Shown: positions 51,130-61,408, counted from the first letter of the stretch. The stretch is 64,000 nucleotides of DNA from Alphaproteobacteria bacterium (GCA_965249135.1 OZ252220.1:1280001-1344000); one strand, 5' to 3'. A program made the numbers and translations. Notes: generated by a model not told the origin, from the letters alone.

Positions 51130-52050
51130 ATGACGGAGCCCACCAAAACCGATGCGACGGAGGGGCCCAGTGCGAGCTGGGTTGATCGCATCCGGCCGGC
51201 CTTTCTTCGACCTTACCTGAAGCTTGCCCGTCTTGATCGGCCGATCGGCATCTGGCTTTTGTTTTTCCCTTGCCTGTGGGGGGTGGCGCTGGCCTCGCCC
51301 GGCTTGCCGGACGTATCCCTGCTTCTGCTTTTTGGGCTAGGCGCCATCGTCATGCGAAGCGCGGGCTGCACGTTCAACGACATCGTGGACAGGGACTTCG
51401 ACGCGAAGGTCGAACGCACGCAAGGCAGGCCTTTGCCGTCGGGCGCCGTTTCGGTAGCAAACGCCAGCCGTTTCTTAGGAGCCCTTCTGCTTGCCGGTTT
51501 CGGCGTGCTGCTTTGCTTCAACCGGTTCACGGTTCTGCTGGCCGCAGCCTCGCTCGCGCTGGTTCTTCTCTATCCCTATGCGAAGCGCTTCACCTATTGG
51601 CCCCAATTCGTGCTTGGCCTCACCTTCAACTGGGGAGCGTTGCTGGGCTGGACGGCGGTGAAAGGGGAGATGGATGCGGCCGCACTCGCCCTTTATGGGG
51701 GCGCCGTCTTCTGGACGCTTGCCTATGACACCATCTATGCCCATCAGGACAAGGCGGACGACCTTCGGATCGGCGTCAAATCGACGGCGCTGCGACTGGG
51801 CGAGCGATCGAAGCCGTTTCTTTTCGCATCTTACGGGGTGGCACTTTTTCTATTCGCCGTGGCTGGGGGGCTGGCCGATCTTCCCTGGTTTTTCTACGCC
51901 GGCCTCGGGGGGCTCGCGGCCCAATTCGTCTGGCAGGTGGTGGATTTAAAGATCGACCGGCCGGCCGATTGTCTTGCCAAGTTCAAATCGAACCAGTGGG
52001 CGGGGCTGATCCTGGCGCTCGCCATCCTTGGGGCAAGGATCACCGCCTAA
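51130..52050 (+). CDS. ubiA: 4-hydroxybenzoate polyprenyltransferase
   Basis: RLDRPIG, NDIVDRDFDAKVERT, YDTIYAHQD. Confidence 0.95.
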   Translation: MTEPTKTDATEGPSASWVDRIRPAFLRPYLKLARLDRPIGIWLLFFPCLWGVALASPGLPDVSLLLLFGLGAIVMRSAGCTFNDIVDRDFDAKVERTQGRPLPSGAVSVANASRFLGALLLAGFGVLLCFNRFTVLLAAASLALVLLYPYAKRFTYWPQFVLGLTFNWGALLGWTAVKGEMDAAALALYGGAVFWTLAYDTIYAHQDKADDLRIGVKSTALRLGERSKPFLFASYGVALFLFAVAGGLADLPWFFYAGLGGLAAQFVWQVVDLKIDRPADCLAKFKSNQWAGLILALAILGARITA

Positions 52051-52088
52051 GAGAGGCCCAAGCGCGCTTCGCCCCTCCGTAGGGCCCC

Positions 52089-53243
52089 TCAATAGGGAAC
52101 GGCGATCCGCCCGATGCGCTCGCGGGCGATGACGATCTTCTGGATCTGGGCAGTGCCGTCGCCGATCTCGAGGCCTATGACGTCGCGCAGGCGTTGCTGA
52201 TGGGCCATGTCCTTCGAATAGCCGGAGTGGCCGTGGAGCAGCAGGCATTGGTGAAGGGTGTCGAAGGCAAGTTTCGGCGCCCACCATTTGCACATCGCCG
52301 CTTCCGAGGTGTGCGGCAGGCCCCGATCGCGCAACCAAAGCGTCTTGTAGCAAAGGAGCCGGCAGGCCTCGTAATGGGTCTCCGCCTCGGCCAGTGGAAA
52401 GGTGACCCCTTCGAACTTGGCAAGCGGCGCGCCGAAGGCCTCGCGCTCCTGAATGTAGGCCCAGGTCTCATCGAGAGAGGCGCGCGCGGCGCCTAAGCAT
52501 TGCAAGCCGATGAGCGCGCGGGAGAAATCGAAGCCCTGCATGATCTGGGTGAAGCCGGCGTCTTCCTCGCCGAGCAGGGCGTCGCCTTCGACTTTTACGT
52601 CGTCGAAGAAAAGGGAGCCGCGGCCTACGATCGTCGAGCCCAGATCGTCGAACCGGGTGCGGGTGATGCCGGGCTGGTCAAGCTCGACGAGGAAGGCGCT
52701 CACCCCCTTCGCGCCCGCCTTCTCGCTCCCCGTTCGGCCGAAGACGATGGCGATGTCGGCCTGATCGGCGGCCGAGACCGAGGTCTTCTCGCCGTTAAGC
52801 AAATAGCCGTTTCCGGAACGCTTAGCCTTCAACTTTAATTTCGCCGCGTCCGAGCCCACGCCCGGCTCGGTCAGAGCGAGTGCGATGAGCGCTTCGCCGC
52901 GGGCGATTTTCGGTACCCATTCTTTCGCGACGTCGGGCTTGGCATGTTCGGCAAGCAAGCCGGCGAGAAGGGATCCCAGCAGCGGCAGGTAGGAAAGGTT
53001 GAAATCCCCAAACGCGACGCCTTCCGTGATGAGGCCGGTGGTCACCGAGCTGGCCGTCATGCCGCCAAGGCTTTCCGGCACGTTCGGCGCCATCATGCCG
53101 AGCGCGCCCATCTCGCGAGCCAATGCGCGGTCGAACACGCCTTCCTTTTCGCGCTTCATGTAATCGGGGCTCAAGCGCTCGCGGGCGAAGCGCAGCACGC
53201 TTTCGTAAAGGGCGGCCTGCTCGTCGGTGAAGGAAAAATCCAC
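52089..53243 (-). CDS. Acyl-CoA dehydrogenase, cyclohexanecarboxyl-CoA dehydrogenase (AliB)-like
   Basis: ALTEPGVGSD, NGEKTSVS, GLEIGDGTAQIQK. The AliB subtype call is from recalled similarity. Confidence 0.85.
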   Translation of the reverse strand: MDFSFTDEQAALYESVLRFARERLSPDYMKREKEGVFDRALAREMGALGMMAPNVPESLGGMTASSVTTGLITEGVAFGDFNLSYLPLLGSLLAGLLAEHAKPDVAKEWVPKIARGEALIALALTEPGVGSDAAKLKLKAKRSGNGYLLNGEKTSVSAADQADIAIVFGRTGSEKAGAKGVSAFLVELDQPGITRTRFDDLGSTIVGRGSLFFDDVKVEGDALLGEEDAGFTQIMQGFDFSRALIGLQCLGAARASLDETWAYIQEREAFGAPLAKFEGVTFPLAEAETHYEACRLLCYKTLWLRDRGLPHTSEAAMCKWWAPKLAFDTLHQCLLLHGHSGYSKDMAHQQRLRDVIGLEIGDGTAQIQKIVIARERIGRIAVPY

Positions 53244-53344
53244 TCCGCCTCTCCAAGGTCCGGTCCTGCCGGGAAACCGCTATAGTAAATCGATAGGCTC
53301 GCTATTTCAACCTTACGTTAGTTAGATTTTAGGACCCCCGCCCC

Positions 53345-55378
53345 ATGCCTTCTGCGAGTCCCTATCCGCACCTGCTTCGGCCCCTCGACCTTGGCTTTGC
53401 GCGGCTCAAGAACCGGGTCGTCATGGGCTCCATGCACACTCGGCTCGAGGCCGAGGAGCGGGGCTTCGAGAAGCTGGCCGCCTTCTACGCGGAGCGCGCC
53501 CGGGCCGAGGTCGGGCTCATCGTCACCGGCGGCTTCGCGCCGAACCCGGACAGCATCCTTGGCCCCGGCTGTGCGAAGCTTACGACGGAAGAAGAAGTCG
53601 CCGAGCACCGCAAGGTAACGCAGGCCGTACACGGGCACGGCGGCGTTATCTGCCTGCAGATCCTCCACCCGGGGCGCTATTCGCAGCTCGATTATTCACT
53701 CGCGCCGTCGGCCATTCGCTCGCCGATCAGCAAGGTGACCCCAAAGGCGATGACGGAAGCGGAAATCGAGCGGACGATCCAGGATTTTGCCGATTGCACG
53801 GTGCTCGCCCGACGGGCCGGCTATGACGGCGTCGAGATCATGGGTTCGGAAGGCTACCTCATCAACCAGTTCACGACGCGCCACGTGAACCACCGGACGG
53901 ACGGCTGGGGGGGAACGATCGAGAACCGCATTCGTTTCCCGCTGGAGATCGTGCGTCGCACGCGCAAAGCCGTGGGCGATGTCTTCATCATCATCTACCG
54001 GCTTTCGATGATCGACCTCGTCGAAGACGGCAACACGCAAGAAGAGATCATCTTCCAGGGCCGGGAAATCGAAAAGGCGGGTGCGACGCTCATCAATTCC
54101 GGCATCGGTTGGCACGAGGCGCGCATCCCGACGATCGCCCAGATGGTCCCGCGCGCCACCTTCGTAGACGTCATCGCCGCCGTGAAGCAAGCGCTTTCCA
54201 TTCCCGTCGTGGCGACGAACCGGATCAACACGCCGGAGATCGCGGAAAGCATTCTGGCGAAGGGCCAGGCCGACCTTGTCTCGATGGCGCGGCCTTTCCT
54301 CGCGGACGAGGCCTTCGTGCAAAAGGCGATGGAGGGCCGGGCGGACGAAATCAACACCTGCATCGCGTGCAACGAAGCCTGCCTCGATTACATCTTTACG
54401 GAGCGGCCGGCGTCCTGCCTGGTCAATCCGAGAGCCGGCCGCGAGTTGGAGATCCGCATCACGCCTGCCAAGGAAATCAAGAAGATCGCCGTCGTCGGCG
54501 CCGGGCCCGCCGGGCTTGCCTTTGCCATCACGGCAGCCGAACGAGGGCACAAGGTGACGCTTTTCGAGGCCGGCCCCGACATCGGCGGGCAGTTGAACCT
54601 CGCCGTCAATATCCCCGGCAAGGAAGAGTTCTTCGAGACGCTACGCTACTACCGGAAGATGATCGAAAAGCACGGCGTCGATGTGCGCGTGAACACGCGG
54701 GCCGAAGCCAATGAGCTGATCAAGGGAAACTACGTCGAGGTCGTCCTTTCGACCGGCGTCAAGGCACGCGCGCCAAAGATCGAGGGCATCGATCACCCGA
54801 TGGTGCTTTCCTATGAAGAAGTCATCGGCCAGGGGAAGGCGGTCGGCCAGCGGGTGGCGATCATCGGCGCCGGCGGCATCGGCTTCGACGTCGCCGAATA
54901 TTTGACGACGCCGGAAGGCCCGCCGGAAAGCCAGGACATCGATGCCTTCCTCGGCGCCTGGGGGATCGACAAGAACGTTGCAACCGCGGGTGGCCTTAAA
55001 CGTCCGGTGCCGGAGAAGATCGCCCGCGAGGTTTATCTCCTGCAGCGCAAGACGACAATGCATGGCCGAAACCTTGGCCGGTCGACCGGCTGGATTCACC
55101 GGCTCACCATCGAGAAACGGAACGTGCACACGATCGGCGGCGTCACCTACCGGAAGATCGACGATCACGGGCTCCACATCACGGTGGACGGCGAGGATCG
55201 GCTGTTGGAAGTGGACAACGTCGTCGTCTGCGCCGGTCAGGAACCGAACCGCGACCTTCACGGCGCGCTCACCACGGCCGGCATCTCGTCCCATCTGATC
55301 GGTGGCGCCGAAGAGGCGATCGAGTTGGATGCGAGCCGCGCCATCGATATCGGCACGCGGCTGGCCGCCCGCGTCTAG
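53345..55378 (+). CDS. fadH: NADPH-dependent 2,4-dienoyl-CoA reductase
   Basis: MGSMHT, GSEGYLINQF, GWHEARIPTI, CIACNEACLD, GAGPAG. Confidence 0.95.
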   Translation: MPSASPYPHLLRPLDLGFARLKNRVVMGSMHTRLEAEERGFEKLAAFYAERARAEVGLIVTGGFAPNPDSILGPGCAKLTTEEEVAEHRKVTQAVHGHGGVICLQILHPGRYSQLDYSLAPSAIRSPISKVTPKAMTEAEIERTIQDFADCTVLARRAGYDGVEIMGSEGYLINQFTTRHVNHRTDGWGGTIENRIRFPLEIVRRTRKAVGDVFIIIYRLSMIDLVEDGNTQEEIIFQGREIEKAGATLINSGIGWHEARIPTIAQMVPRATFVDVIAAVKQALSIPVVATNRINTPEIAESILAKGQADLVSMARPFLADEAFVQKAMEGRADEINTCIACNEACLDYIFTERPASCLVNPRAGRELEIRITPAKEIKKIAVVGAGPAGLAFAITAAERGHKVTLFEAGPDIGGQLNLAVNIPGKEEFFETLRYYRKMIEKHGVDVRVNTRAEANELIKGNYVEVVLSTGVKARAPKIEGIDHPMVLSYEEVIGQGKAVGQRVAIIGAGGIGFDVAEYLTTPEGPPESQDIDAFLGAWGIDKNVATAGGLKRPVPEKIAREVYLLQRKTTMHGRNLGRSTGWIHRLTIEKRNVHTIGGVTYRKIDDHGLHITVDGEDRLLEVDNVVVCAGQEPNRDLHGALTTAGISSHLIGGAEEAIELDASRAIDIGTRLAARV

Positions 55379-55442
55379 GCCCTTTCCCCGCGCTCGTGGC
55401 GAGCCCTCGCCTTGGGCTTGCAAAGCCTCGTCCTGCCATGCA

Positions 55443-55464
55443 AAAATTTGTCCGGACAAATTTT
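55443..55464. promoter_or_regulatory. Perfect 22-bp palindromic operator (GntR-type)
   Basis: AAAATTTGTCCGGACAAATTTT, overlapping the -10 position expected from TTGCAA at 55418. Confidence 0.75.
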
Positions 55465-55497
55465 CCGCCGCCAACCGCTTCATCTTGGGAGAATGCC

Positions 55498-56016
55498 ATG
55501 GTCGCCGAAGCAAAGCCCGTCGGGCCGAATCGCACCCGTGAATCCTATGGCCGCTATTTCGAGGACTTCCGGGTCGGAGACATCTACGAACACCGGCCTG
55601 GACGGACGATCACGGATTACGACAACACCTCCTTCACGCTGCTTACGATGAACACGCATCCCCTCCACTTCGACGCGGCCTATGCGGCGAAGAGCGAGTT
55701 CGGGAAACCCCTCGTCAACAGCGCGCTTACGCTTGCCATCGTGCTCGGCATGAGCGTGAGCGATGTAAGTCAGAAGGCGATCGCTAATCTCGGCTGGAAG
55801 GAGATCCGTCTGCTCAAGCCGGTCTTCGTCGGCGACACGATCTATGCGGAATCGGAGGTGCTGGAAGCGCGGGCAAGCAAAAAGCGCCCCGTGGCGGGCG
55901 TCGTCACCGTCCGGACGACCGGCAAGAAGGCGGACGGCACCATCTTCATGGTCTTCGAGCGAAGCGCCCTCGTTCCGAAGCGCGGACATTCCGTCGACGA
56001 CCAAGCGGATTACTAA
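55498..56016 (+). CDS. MaoC-family (R)-enoyl-CoA hydratase, RipB/itaconyl-CoA hydratase-like
   Basis: GRYFEDF, EHRPGRTIT, FTLLTMNTHPLHFD, GMSVSDVSQKAIANLGW. Confidence 0.85.
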   Translation: MVAEAKPVGPNRTRESYGRYFEDFRVGDIYEHRPGRTITDYDNTSFTLLTMNTHPLHFDAAYAAKSEFGKPLVNSALTLAIVLGMSVSDVSQKAIANLGWKEIRLLKPVFVGDTIYAESEVLEARASKKRPVAGVVTVRTTGKKADGTIFMVFERSALVPKRGHSVDDQADY

Positions 56017-56031
56017 TCAGGGAAGGAAATC

Positions 56032-57177
56032 ATGATGAGCGAAAGCGATACGCTGGTCCTCGACGCCATCGACAAATTCCTCGAGCGGGACGTGCGGCCC
56101 CGCGTCCTTGAGCTTGAGCAGAACGACATCTATCCGGAAGAAATCGTGGAGAAGATGAAGGCGCTTGGCCTTTTCGGCGCGATGATCCCGAGTGAATATG
56201 GTGGCCTTGGCCTCAAGGCGACGCTGTACGCCGAGATCGTCGAGCGCATCAGCAGCGTCTGGATGACGCTTGCCGGCATCTTCAACTCGCACCTGATCAT
56301 GGCGACCGCCGTGCTTCGTTACGGCACGGAGGACCAGAAGAAGACCTTCTTGCCGCGTTTTGCAACCGGCGAGTTTCGCGGCGGTCTCGCCCTCACCGAG
56401 CCGGATGGCGGCACGGACCTTCAGGCGATCCGCACGACGGCCCGGCGCGAGGGCGATGTTTATGTCGTGAACGGCGCGAAAAGCTGGATTACGAACGGCG
56501 CCGAGGGCTCCTGCTTCGCGCTGCTCGTCAAGACGGACCCGAAGGCGGAGCCGCGCATGCGCGGGATCAGCCTTCTGCTTGCCGAAAAGGGGCCGGGTTT
56601 CCATGTCGGCAAGAAGCTCAAGAAGCTTGGCTACCGCGGCGTGGATACGGTCGAGATGAGTTTCGAGGATTACCGCATCCCCACCGACCGCCTGATCGGC
56701 GGCGAGGAAGGCCACGGCCTCAACCAAGCGCTTTCGGGACTCGAGATCGGACGCGTCAACGTCGCCGCCCGCGGCGTCGGCGTCGCCAAGGCCGCGCTCG
56801 ACGAGGCGCTCGCCTATGCGCAAGTGCGCAAGACCTTCGGCAAGCCGATCGCCCAGCATCAGGCGATCCAGTTGAAGCTCGCCGACATGGCGACCCGCGT
56901 CGAGGCGGCCAGGCTCTTGACCCGGTGGGCGGCGGAAGCCTTCGACGCCGGCGAGCGTTGCGACATGGAGGTCGGCATGGCGAAGCTTTTCGCCAGCGAA
57001 GCGGCGATTGAGAACTCCCTTGAGGCGATGCGCATCCACGGCGCCTATGGCTATTCCAAGGAATTCAATTTGGAGCGCTATTACCGCGACGCGCCGCTAC
57101 TGGCGATCGGCGAGGGCACGAACGAAATCCAGCGCCTCGTCATCGCCCGGCAGCTTGTCGAGCGGAACCCCGTTTAA
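56032..57177 (+). CDS. Acyl-CoA dehydrogenase
   Basis: LTEPDGGTDLQ, NGAKSWITN, IHGAYGY, IGEGTNEIQR. Confidence 0.93.
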   Translation: MMSESDTLVLDAIDKFLERDVRPRVLELEQNDIYPEEIVEKMKALGLFGAMIPSEYGGLGLKATLYAEIVERISSVWMTLAGIFNSHLIMATAVLRYGTEDQKKTFLPRFATGEFRGGLALTEPDGGTDLQAIRTTARREGDVYVVNGAKSWITNGAEGSCFALLVKTDPKAEPRMRGISLLLAEKGPGFHVGKKLKKLGYRGVDTVEMSFEDYRIPTDRLIGGEEGHGLNQALSGLEIGRVNVAARGVGVAKAALDEALAYAQVRKTFGKPIAQHQAIQLKLADMATRVEAARLLTRWAAEAFDAGERCDMEVGMAKLFASEAAIENSLEAMRIHGAYGYSKEFNLERYYRDAPLLAIGEGTNEIQRLVIARQLVERNPV

Positions 57178-57190
57178 GAGGCGAGAAAAG

Positions 57191-58378
57191 ATGCTGCCCC
57201 TGGATGGTTTTCGCATTCTCGCCGTCGAGCAATATGGCGCCGGCCCCTTCGGGACGATGCTGCTGGGCGATCTTGGCGCCGAAATCATCAAGATCGAGAA
57301 CCCCGCCGAAGGCGGCGACATGGCGCGCGCCGTCGGCCCCTATTTTCTCGACTCCGGCGACAGCGAGTTCTTCCAGAGCTTCAACCGCAACAAGAAAAGC
57401 CTGACGCTGAACCTGAAGACGGCCGAGGGGCGCAAGACGCTGCACGACCTCGTGCGCACGGCGGACGGGCTGCTCGACAATCTGCGCGGCGACTTGCCGG
57501 AAAAACTCGGCCTCACCTACGCCGCGCTTCGCAACGTGAATCCCCGCATCGTCTGCGCCCATCTCTCGGCCTATGGGCGCGAGGGGGAACGCGCCGCCTG
57601 GCCCGGCTACGACTATCTCATGCAGGCAGAGTCCGGCTGTTTGCGCCTCACCGGCGAGCCGGACGGGCCACCGTCCCGCTGCGGCGTTTCCATCGTCGAC
57701 ATGATGACGGGTATCACGGCCAGCTTCGCGCTGCTTTCCGGCATGCTGGGCGCGCGCGTAAGCGGCCATGGCTTCGATCTCGACGCAAGCCTCTTCGATA
57801 CGGCGCTCCACAACCTTTCCTATCTTGCGACCTGGTACCTGAACGAGGGCGTGAACCAGGGCCGCAAAGCGCGCTCGAGCCATCCCTCGCTGACGCCGAG
57901 CCAGCTTTTCCGCACGAAGGACGGCTGGATCTTCATCATGTGCAACAAGGAGAAGTTCTGGCCCATTCTGGCCCGCGCCGTCGATCGTCCGGAATGGGCG
58001 GAAGACCCGGCCTTTCGCACCTTCGCCGACCGCCTGAAGCAACGGCGGAAATTGACGGAAATGCTGGACGCGGCATTGCAGGCGCGAACGACGGCGGCCT
58101 GGCTTGCCCATTTCGCAGGCCGCGTGCCGGCGGCGCCCGTCTACGACGTGCAACAAGCCCTCGACAATCCTTTCGTCAAGGCAAACGGCAATATCGGCAC
58201 CTTCCCCCACCCGACGCGGGAAGGCTTCGAGATGCTGCTCGGCCCCATCCGCGTCGGCGGCGAGGCGCCCCGCGCCGAACCGGCGCCGGCGCTCGGCGCG
58301 GACACAGACGCGCTCCTCGAAGGGCTCGGCTACGACAAGGCGCGGATCGCAGGCTTGCGCGAGAAGGGGATAATCTGA
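57191..58378 (+). CDS. Class III (CaiB/BaiF) CoA-transferase
   Basis: AGPFGTMLLGDLGAEIIKIE, NRNKKS, PGYDYLMQA. Confidence 0.93.
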   Translation: MLPLDGFRILAVEQYGAGPFGTMLLGDLGAEIIKIENPAEGGDMARAVGPYFLDSGDSEFFQSFNRNKKSLTLNLKTAEGRKTLHDLVRTADGLLDNLRGDLPEKLGLTYAALRNVNPRIVCAHLSAYGREGERAAWPGYDYLMQAESGCLRLTGEPDGPPSRCGVSIVDMMTGITASFALLSGMLGARVSGHGFDLDASLFDTALHNLSYLATWYLNEGVNQGRKARSSHPSLTPSQLFRTKDGWIFIMCNKEKFWPILARAVDRPEWAEDPAFRTFADRLKQRRKLTEMLDAALQARTTAAWLAHFAGRVPAAPVYDVQQALDNPFVKANGNIGTFPHPTREGFEMLLGPIRVGGEAPRAEPAPALGADTDALLEGLGYDKARIAGLREKGII

Positions 58379-59178
58379 TGGCGCGGCGTGCGCCCGCGCT
58401 AGAACCGGGCGTGCCGCGCTACCGCGCCGTCGCCGCGGCGCTGGGCCGGGCGATTGCCAGCGGCGAGCACGCCGTCGGCGCGATGCTGCCGCCCGAGAAG
58501 ACGCTGTGTGCCACCTTCGGCGTCAGCCGGCACACGATCCGCGAGGCCATTCGGCTGATCGAATCGGAAGGCCTAGTGACGCGCCGCCAGGGCTCCGGCA
58601 CGACCGTGCGCCGTGCCGGGTCCGATGCGCGCTACGTCCAGTCCCTGGATTCCCTCGACGAGCTTTTGCAATACGCCGCCGAAACGAGGCTTCGCGTTCA
58701 CAAGACGCGCGAGATCGTCGTCGGAAGCGAAGCGGAACGCCGGCTGCTTGGCGCCGCCCTCGGCGAACGCTGGCTTCGCATCGAAGCGATACGCCTTGCC
58801 GGCGCCAGGGCCGGCGCCAGGGCCGGCGCCAGGAAGGATCTGCCGATCGCCTGGACGACGCTTTATCTGCCGGAACGATTCCGCGTCCTTCGCGAAACGA
58901 TCGGCGACGCCCATGAGGCCTGCGGGGCCCGCGAGGCCGTCTATCGCTTGATCGAGAAGCGTTTCGGGACGCGGATCGCCGAGGTCGAACAGGAAATCGG
59001 CGCCGCCGTCATCGAAGGCGGGATGGCGGAAAGGCTTGGCGTCGATCCCGGCACGCCCGGCCTTCGCATCACGCGGCGCTATCTCGACGTGGCCGGCGTG
59101 CCGCTGGAGGTCGCCGTGAACCTGCACCCGGCCGAGCGGTTCGCCTACCGGATGCGGCTACGGCGCGAGCGCGCCTAG
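58378..59178 (+). CDS. GntR-family (HutC subfamily, UTRA domain) transcriptional regulator
   Basis: LPPEKTLCATFGVSRHTIREAI wHTH, RRQGSGT, C-terminal UTRA-like domain; contains a 12-bp tandem repeat (AGAR x3, 58798-58833). Confidence 0.9.
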   Translation: MARRAPALEPGVPRYRAVAAALGRAIASGEHAVGAMLPPEKTLCATFGVSRHTIREAIRLIESEGLVTRRQGSGTTVRRAGSDARYVQSLDSLDELLQYAAETRLRVHKTREIVVGSEAERRLLGAALGERWLRIEAIRLAGARAGARAGARKDLPIAWTTLYLPERFRVLRETIGDAHEACGAREAVYRLIEKRFGTRIAEVEQEIGAAVIEGGMAERLGVDPGTPGLRITRRYLDVAGVPLEVAVNLHPAERFAYRMRLRRERA

Positions 59179-61352
59179 CGGTAGTGCAGGACGCGGTATT
59201 TGTCGAACTCGATCCGCTTGCCCGGTGGAATGACGACGGTCGTCATCGGATCGCGGATGATGGCCGGGCCTTCGACGACGTTGCCGGCGGCAAGCGCCTC
59301 CATCTGCCAGACTTGAAAGTCCTGCCAGGCGTCTCGATGGAACACCTTGCGCGTCTCGACATACGCCGAATCGGTGGGCTTGGCCCCGGCCAGGGGGTGT
59401 TCGATGATCGCCGGCTGAGGCTTCGGGGCTACCGCCTGAATGTAAAGCTCGGTGATCGAATAGCCGGCGTCCGGGAAACGCGCGCCTTCCGGATAGATCT
59501 TCGTATACATGTCTTCGAAGGCGGCGACGATGCGATCGACGTCGGCCGCCGATTTCAGCGTGCCGAAATCGAGCGGCGTATCGAAGCTTTCGAGCTGGCC
59601 GAGATAGCGGACATAGGTGCCATAGCGGAAGGAAAGCTGTTTTAGGTCGACGCCTTCCTGCGCCATCTCGTCCTTGGCCGCCTGCTCAAGGCCGCGCCAG
59701 GACGCATCGAGCCGCTTCGCCATTTCCGCTTTCTCCGTTTCCTCCATGCCGTTCGGCACGAGTTCGACGAAGCCGCGATGGTAGCGATGCATGTATTCGG
59801 CGCAGGCCGCGCCGAAGGCCGAGAAGCCGGCTGCCCAGGGGAAGGTGATGACGTTGGCCAGGTCGATCCCTTCCGAATAGCCCCACATGTGGACGGGCCC
59901 GGCGCCGCCATAGCACAGCAAGGTGAAGTCGCGGGGGTTGTAGCCCTTCGAGGTGATCATCGTCGACGCCAGGTCGCGCATTTGCGTGTTGATGACCTCA
60001 AGCACGCCGCTGCCCGCCTCGTAGACGTCGAGGCCCAGCGGCTTCGCGATCACGCGCTCGAGTTCCGCATGGGCCCGGTCCTTGTCGAGCTTGACCTTGC
60101 CGCCCAGGAAATAGTCGGGATCGACGTAACCGAGGACGACATTGACGTCGGTGACGGTCAGGCGGTCGTATTTGTAGCAGATGCCGACATCGGCGCCGGC
60201 CGATTCGGGACCGACGCGCAGGCGCTTATAGGCGTCGATCTCGATCGCCGAACCGGCGCCGGAACCCGCCGAATCGATCGCCACCATCGGCAGCGCCAGG
60301 CGGTGCCCGGCGAAGTCGGCGTCCTTGCGAATGCCCAGCATGCCGTTGACCAGCAGACCCACGTCGAAGCTGGTGCCGCCCATGTCCGCCGTGATCGCGT
60401 TCTTGATGCCGAGCTTGTCGGCAAAAATCTGGGCGCCCATGAGCCCGCCGATGGGCCCGGAGATGATCGTCTCGTAAAGGCGCGGATAGTCCATGTTGAC
60501 GGCGCCGCCATAGGAAAGCAGCGTCAACAGCCGGCCGTCATAACCTTCCTTGACCGCCGCGTTCTCGACGCTGAGAAGGGATTCGCGCGTCAGTTCGGCC
60601 GCGAAGCATTGGATCAACAGGCTTTTCAGGCGATTGTTCTCGCGCGAAACCGGCGCGACGTCGGCGGAACAGACGACCGGAATCTTGCGCCCGCTTTTTT
60701 CGACGATCGCCTCGGCGATCCGCCGCGCGGTGTTCTCGTTCTCCGGGTTGACGTAGGAATTCAGGAACATGATGCCGATCACCTCGACGCCACCGGCGAG
60801 GAGGCGTTCCACGCCCTTGCGGACGTGGTCCTCGTTGACCGGGATCATGACCTCACCGGCGCCCATGTGGGACTGCATGAAATAGCTGCCGCCCGAGATG
60901 CGCTCGCTGATGCCGATGACGTTGCGCGGATCGACCATCGGGCGCGTGTGCTCGTGCAATTGCTGATGCAGGATTTCGGCCTGGGTCTGGCCAAGATAGG
61001 TGAGCCCGCCTTCCATGACGCTTATATGTTCGAACCCACGCGTCACCAGAAGGCCTACCTTGCGGCCGGTGCCGGTGAGAAGCGTGTTCAGCATGCCGGT
61101 GCCGGCGTAGATGGCGACGGAAGCTTGGCTGTGCACGTCCGTCGATTTCAGCCCCAGGGTCAGCGCCGCGTCTTCGACGGATTCGAGGTAGCTCGACGCC
61201 TCGTCTTTCCGGTTCGTCAGCGACTTGCCGATCGTGAAGTCGCCATCCGGCTTGACGAGGATCGTGTCCGTCATCGTTCCGCCTGCGTCAAGCGCGAGGA
61301 TGTAATTTTTTCCGTTCCCAGAAGAACCCGGTGACGCGGCGCCATTCGCCAT
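59175..61352 (-). CDS. Hydantoinase A/oxoprolinase family protein, acetone carboxylase beta subunit (AcxA)-like
   Basis: DAGGTMTD, SGPIGG, DMGGTSFDV, GPESAG, YGGAGPVH. Confidence 0.88.
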   Translation of the reverse strand: MANGAASPGSSGNGKNYILALDAGGTMTDTILVKPDGDFTIGKSLTNRKDEASSYLESVEDAALTLGLKSTDVHSQASVAIYAGTGMLNTLLTGTGRKVGLLVTRGFEHISVMEGGLTYLGQTQAEILHQQLHEHTRPMVDPRNVIGISERISGGSYFMQSHMGAGEVMIPVNEDHVRKGVERLLAGGVEVIGIMFLNSYVNPENENTARRIAEAIVEKSGRKIPVVCSADVAPVSRENNRLKSLLIQCFAAELTRESLLSVENAAVKEGYDGRLLTLLSYGGAVNMDYPRLYETIISGPIGGLMGAQIFADKLGIKNAITADMGGTSFDVGLLVNGMLGIRKDADFAGHRLALPMVAIDSAGSGAGSAIEIDAYKRLRVGPESAGADVGICYKYDRLTVTDVNVVLGYVDPDYFLGGKVKLDKDRAHAELERVIAKPLGLDVYEAGSGVLEVINTQMRDLASTMITSKGYNPRDFTLLCYGGAGPVHMWGYSEGIDLANVITFPWAAGFSAFGAACAEYMHRYHRGFVELVPNGMEETEKAEMAKRLDASWRGLEQAAKDEMAQEGVDLKQLSFRYGTYVRYLGQLESFDTPLDFGTLKSAADVDRIVAAFEDMYTKIYPEGARFPDAGYSITELYIQAVAPKPQPAIIEHPLAGAKPTDSAYVETRKVFHRDAWQDFQVWQMEALAAGNVVEGPAIIRDPMTTVVIPPGKRIEFDKYRVLHYR

Positions 61353-61372
61353 GGATAAAGTCTCCCTGTTCG

Positions 61373-61395
61373 AAAAAACGTCCGGCAATCGGACG
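61373..61395 (-). terminator. Terminator-like hairpin between the gamma- and beta-subunit genes
   Basis: Minus strand CGTCCG-ATTGC-CGGACG followed by TTTTTT. Confidence 0.45.
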
Positions 61396-61408
61396 CATCG
61401 GGCTTTTT

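Noticed and set aside
53280-53335. AT-rich divergent promoter with TTACGTTA, like a LiuR-type half site
   Set aside because: The palindrome is incomplete, so no regulator can be assigned.
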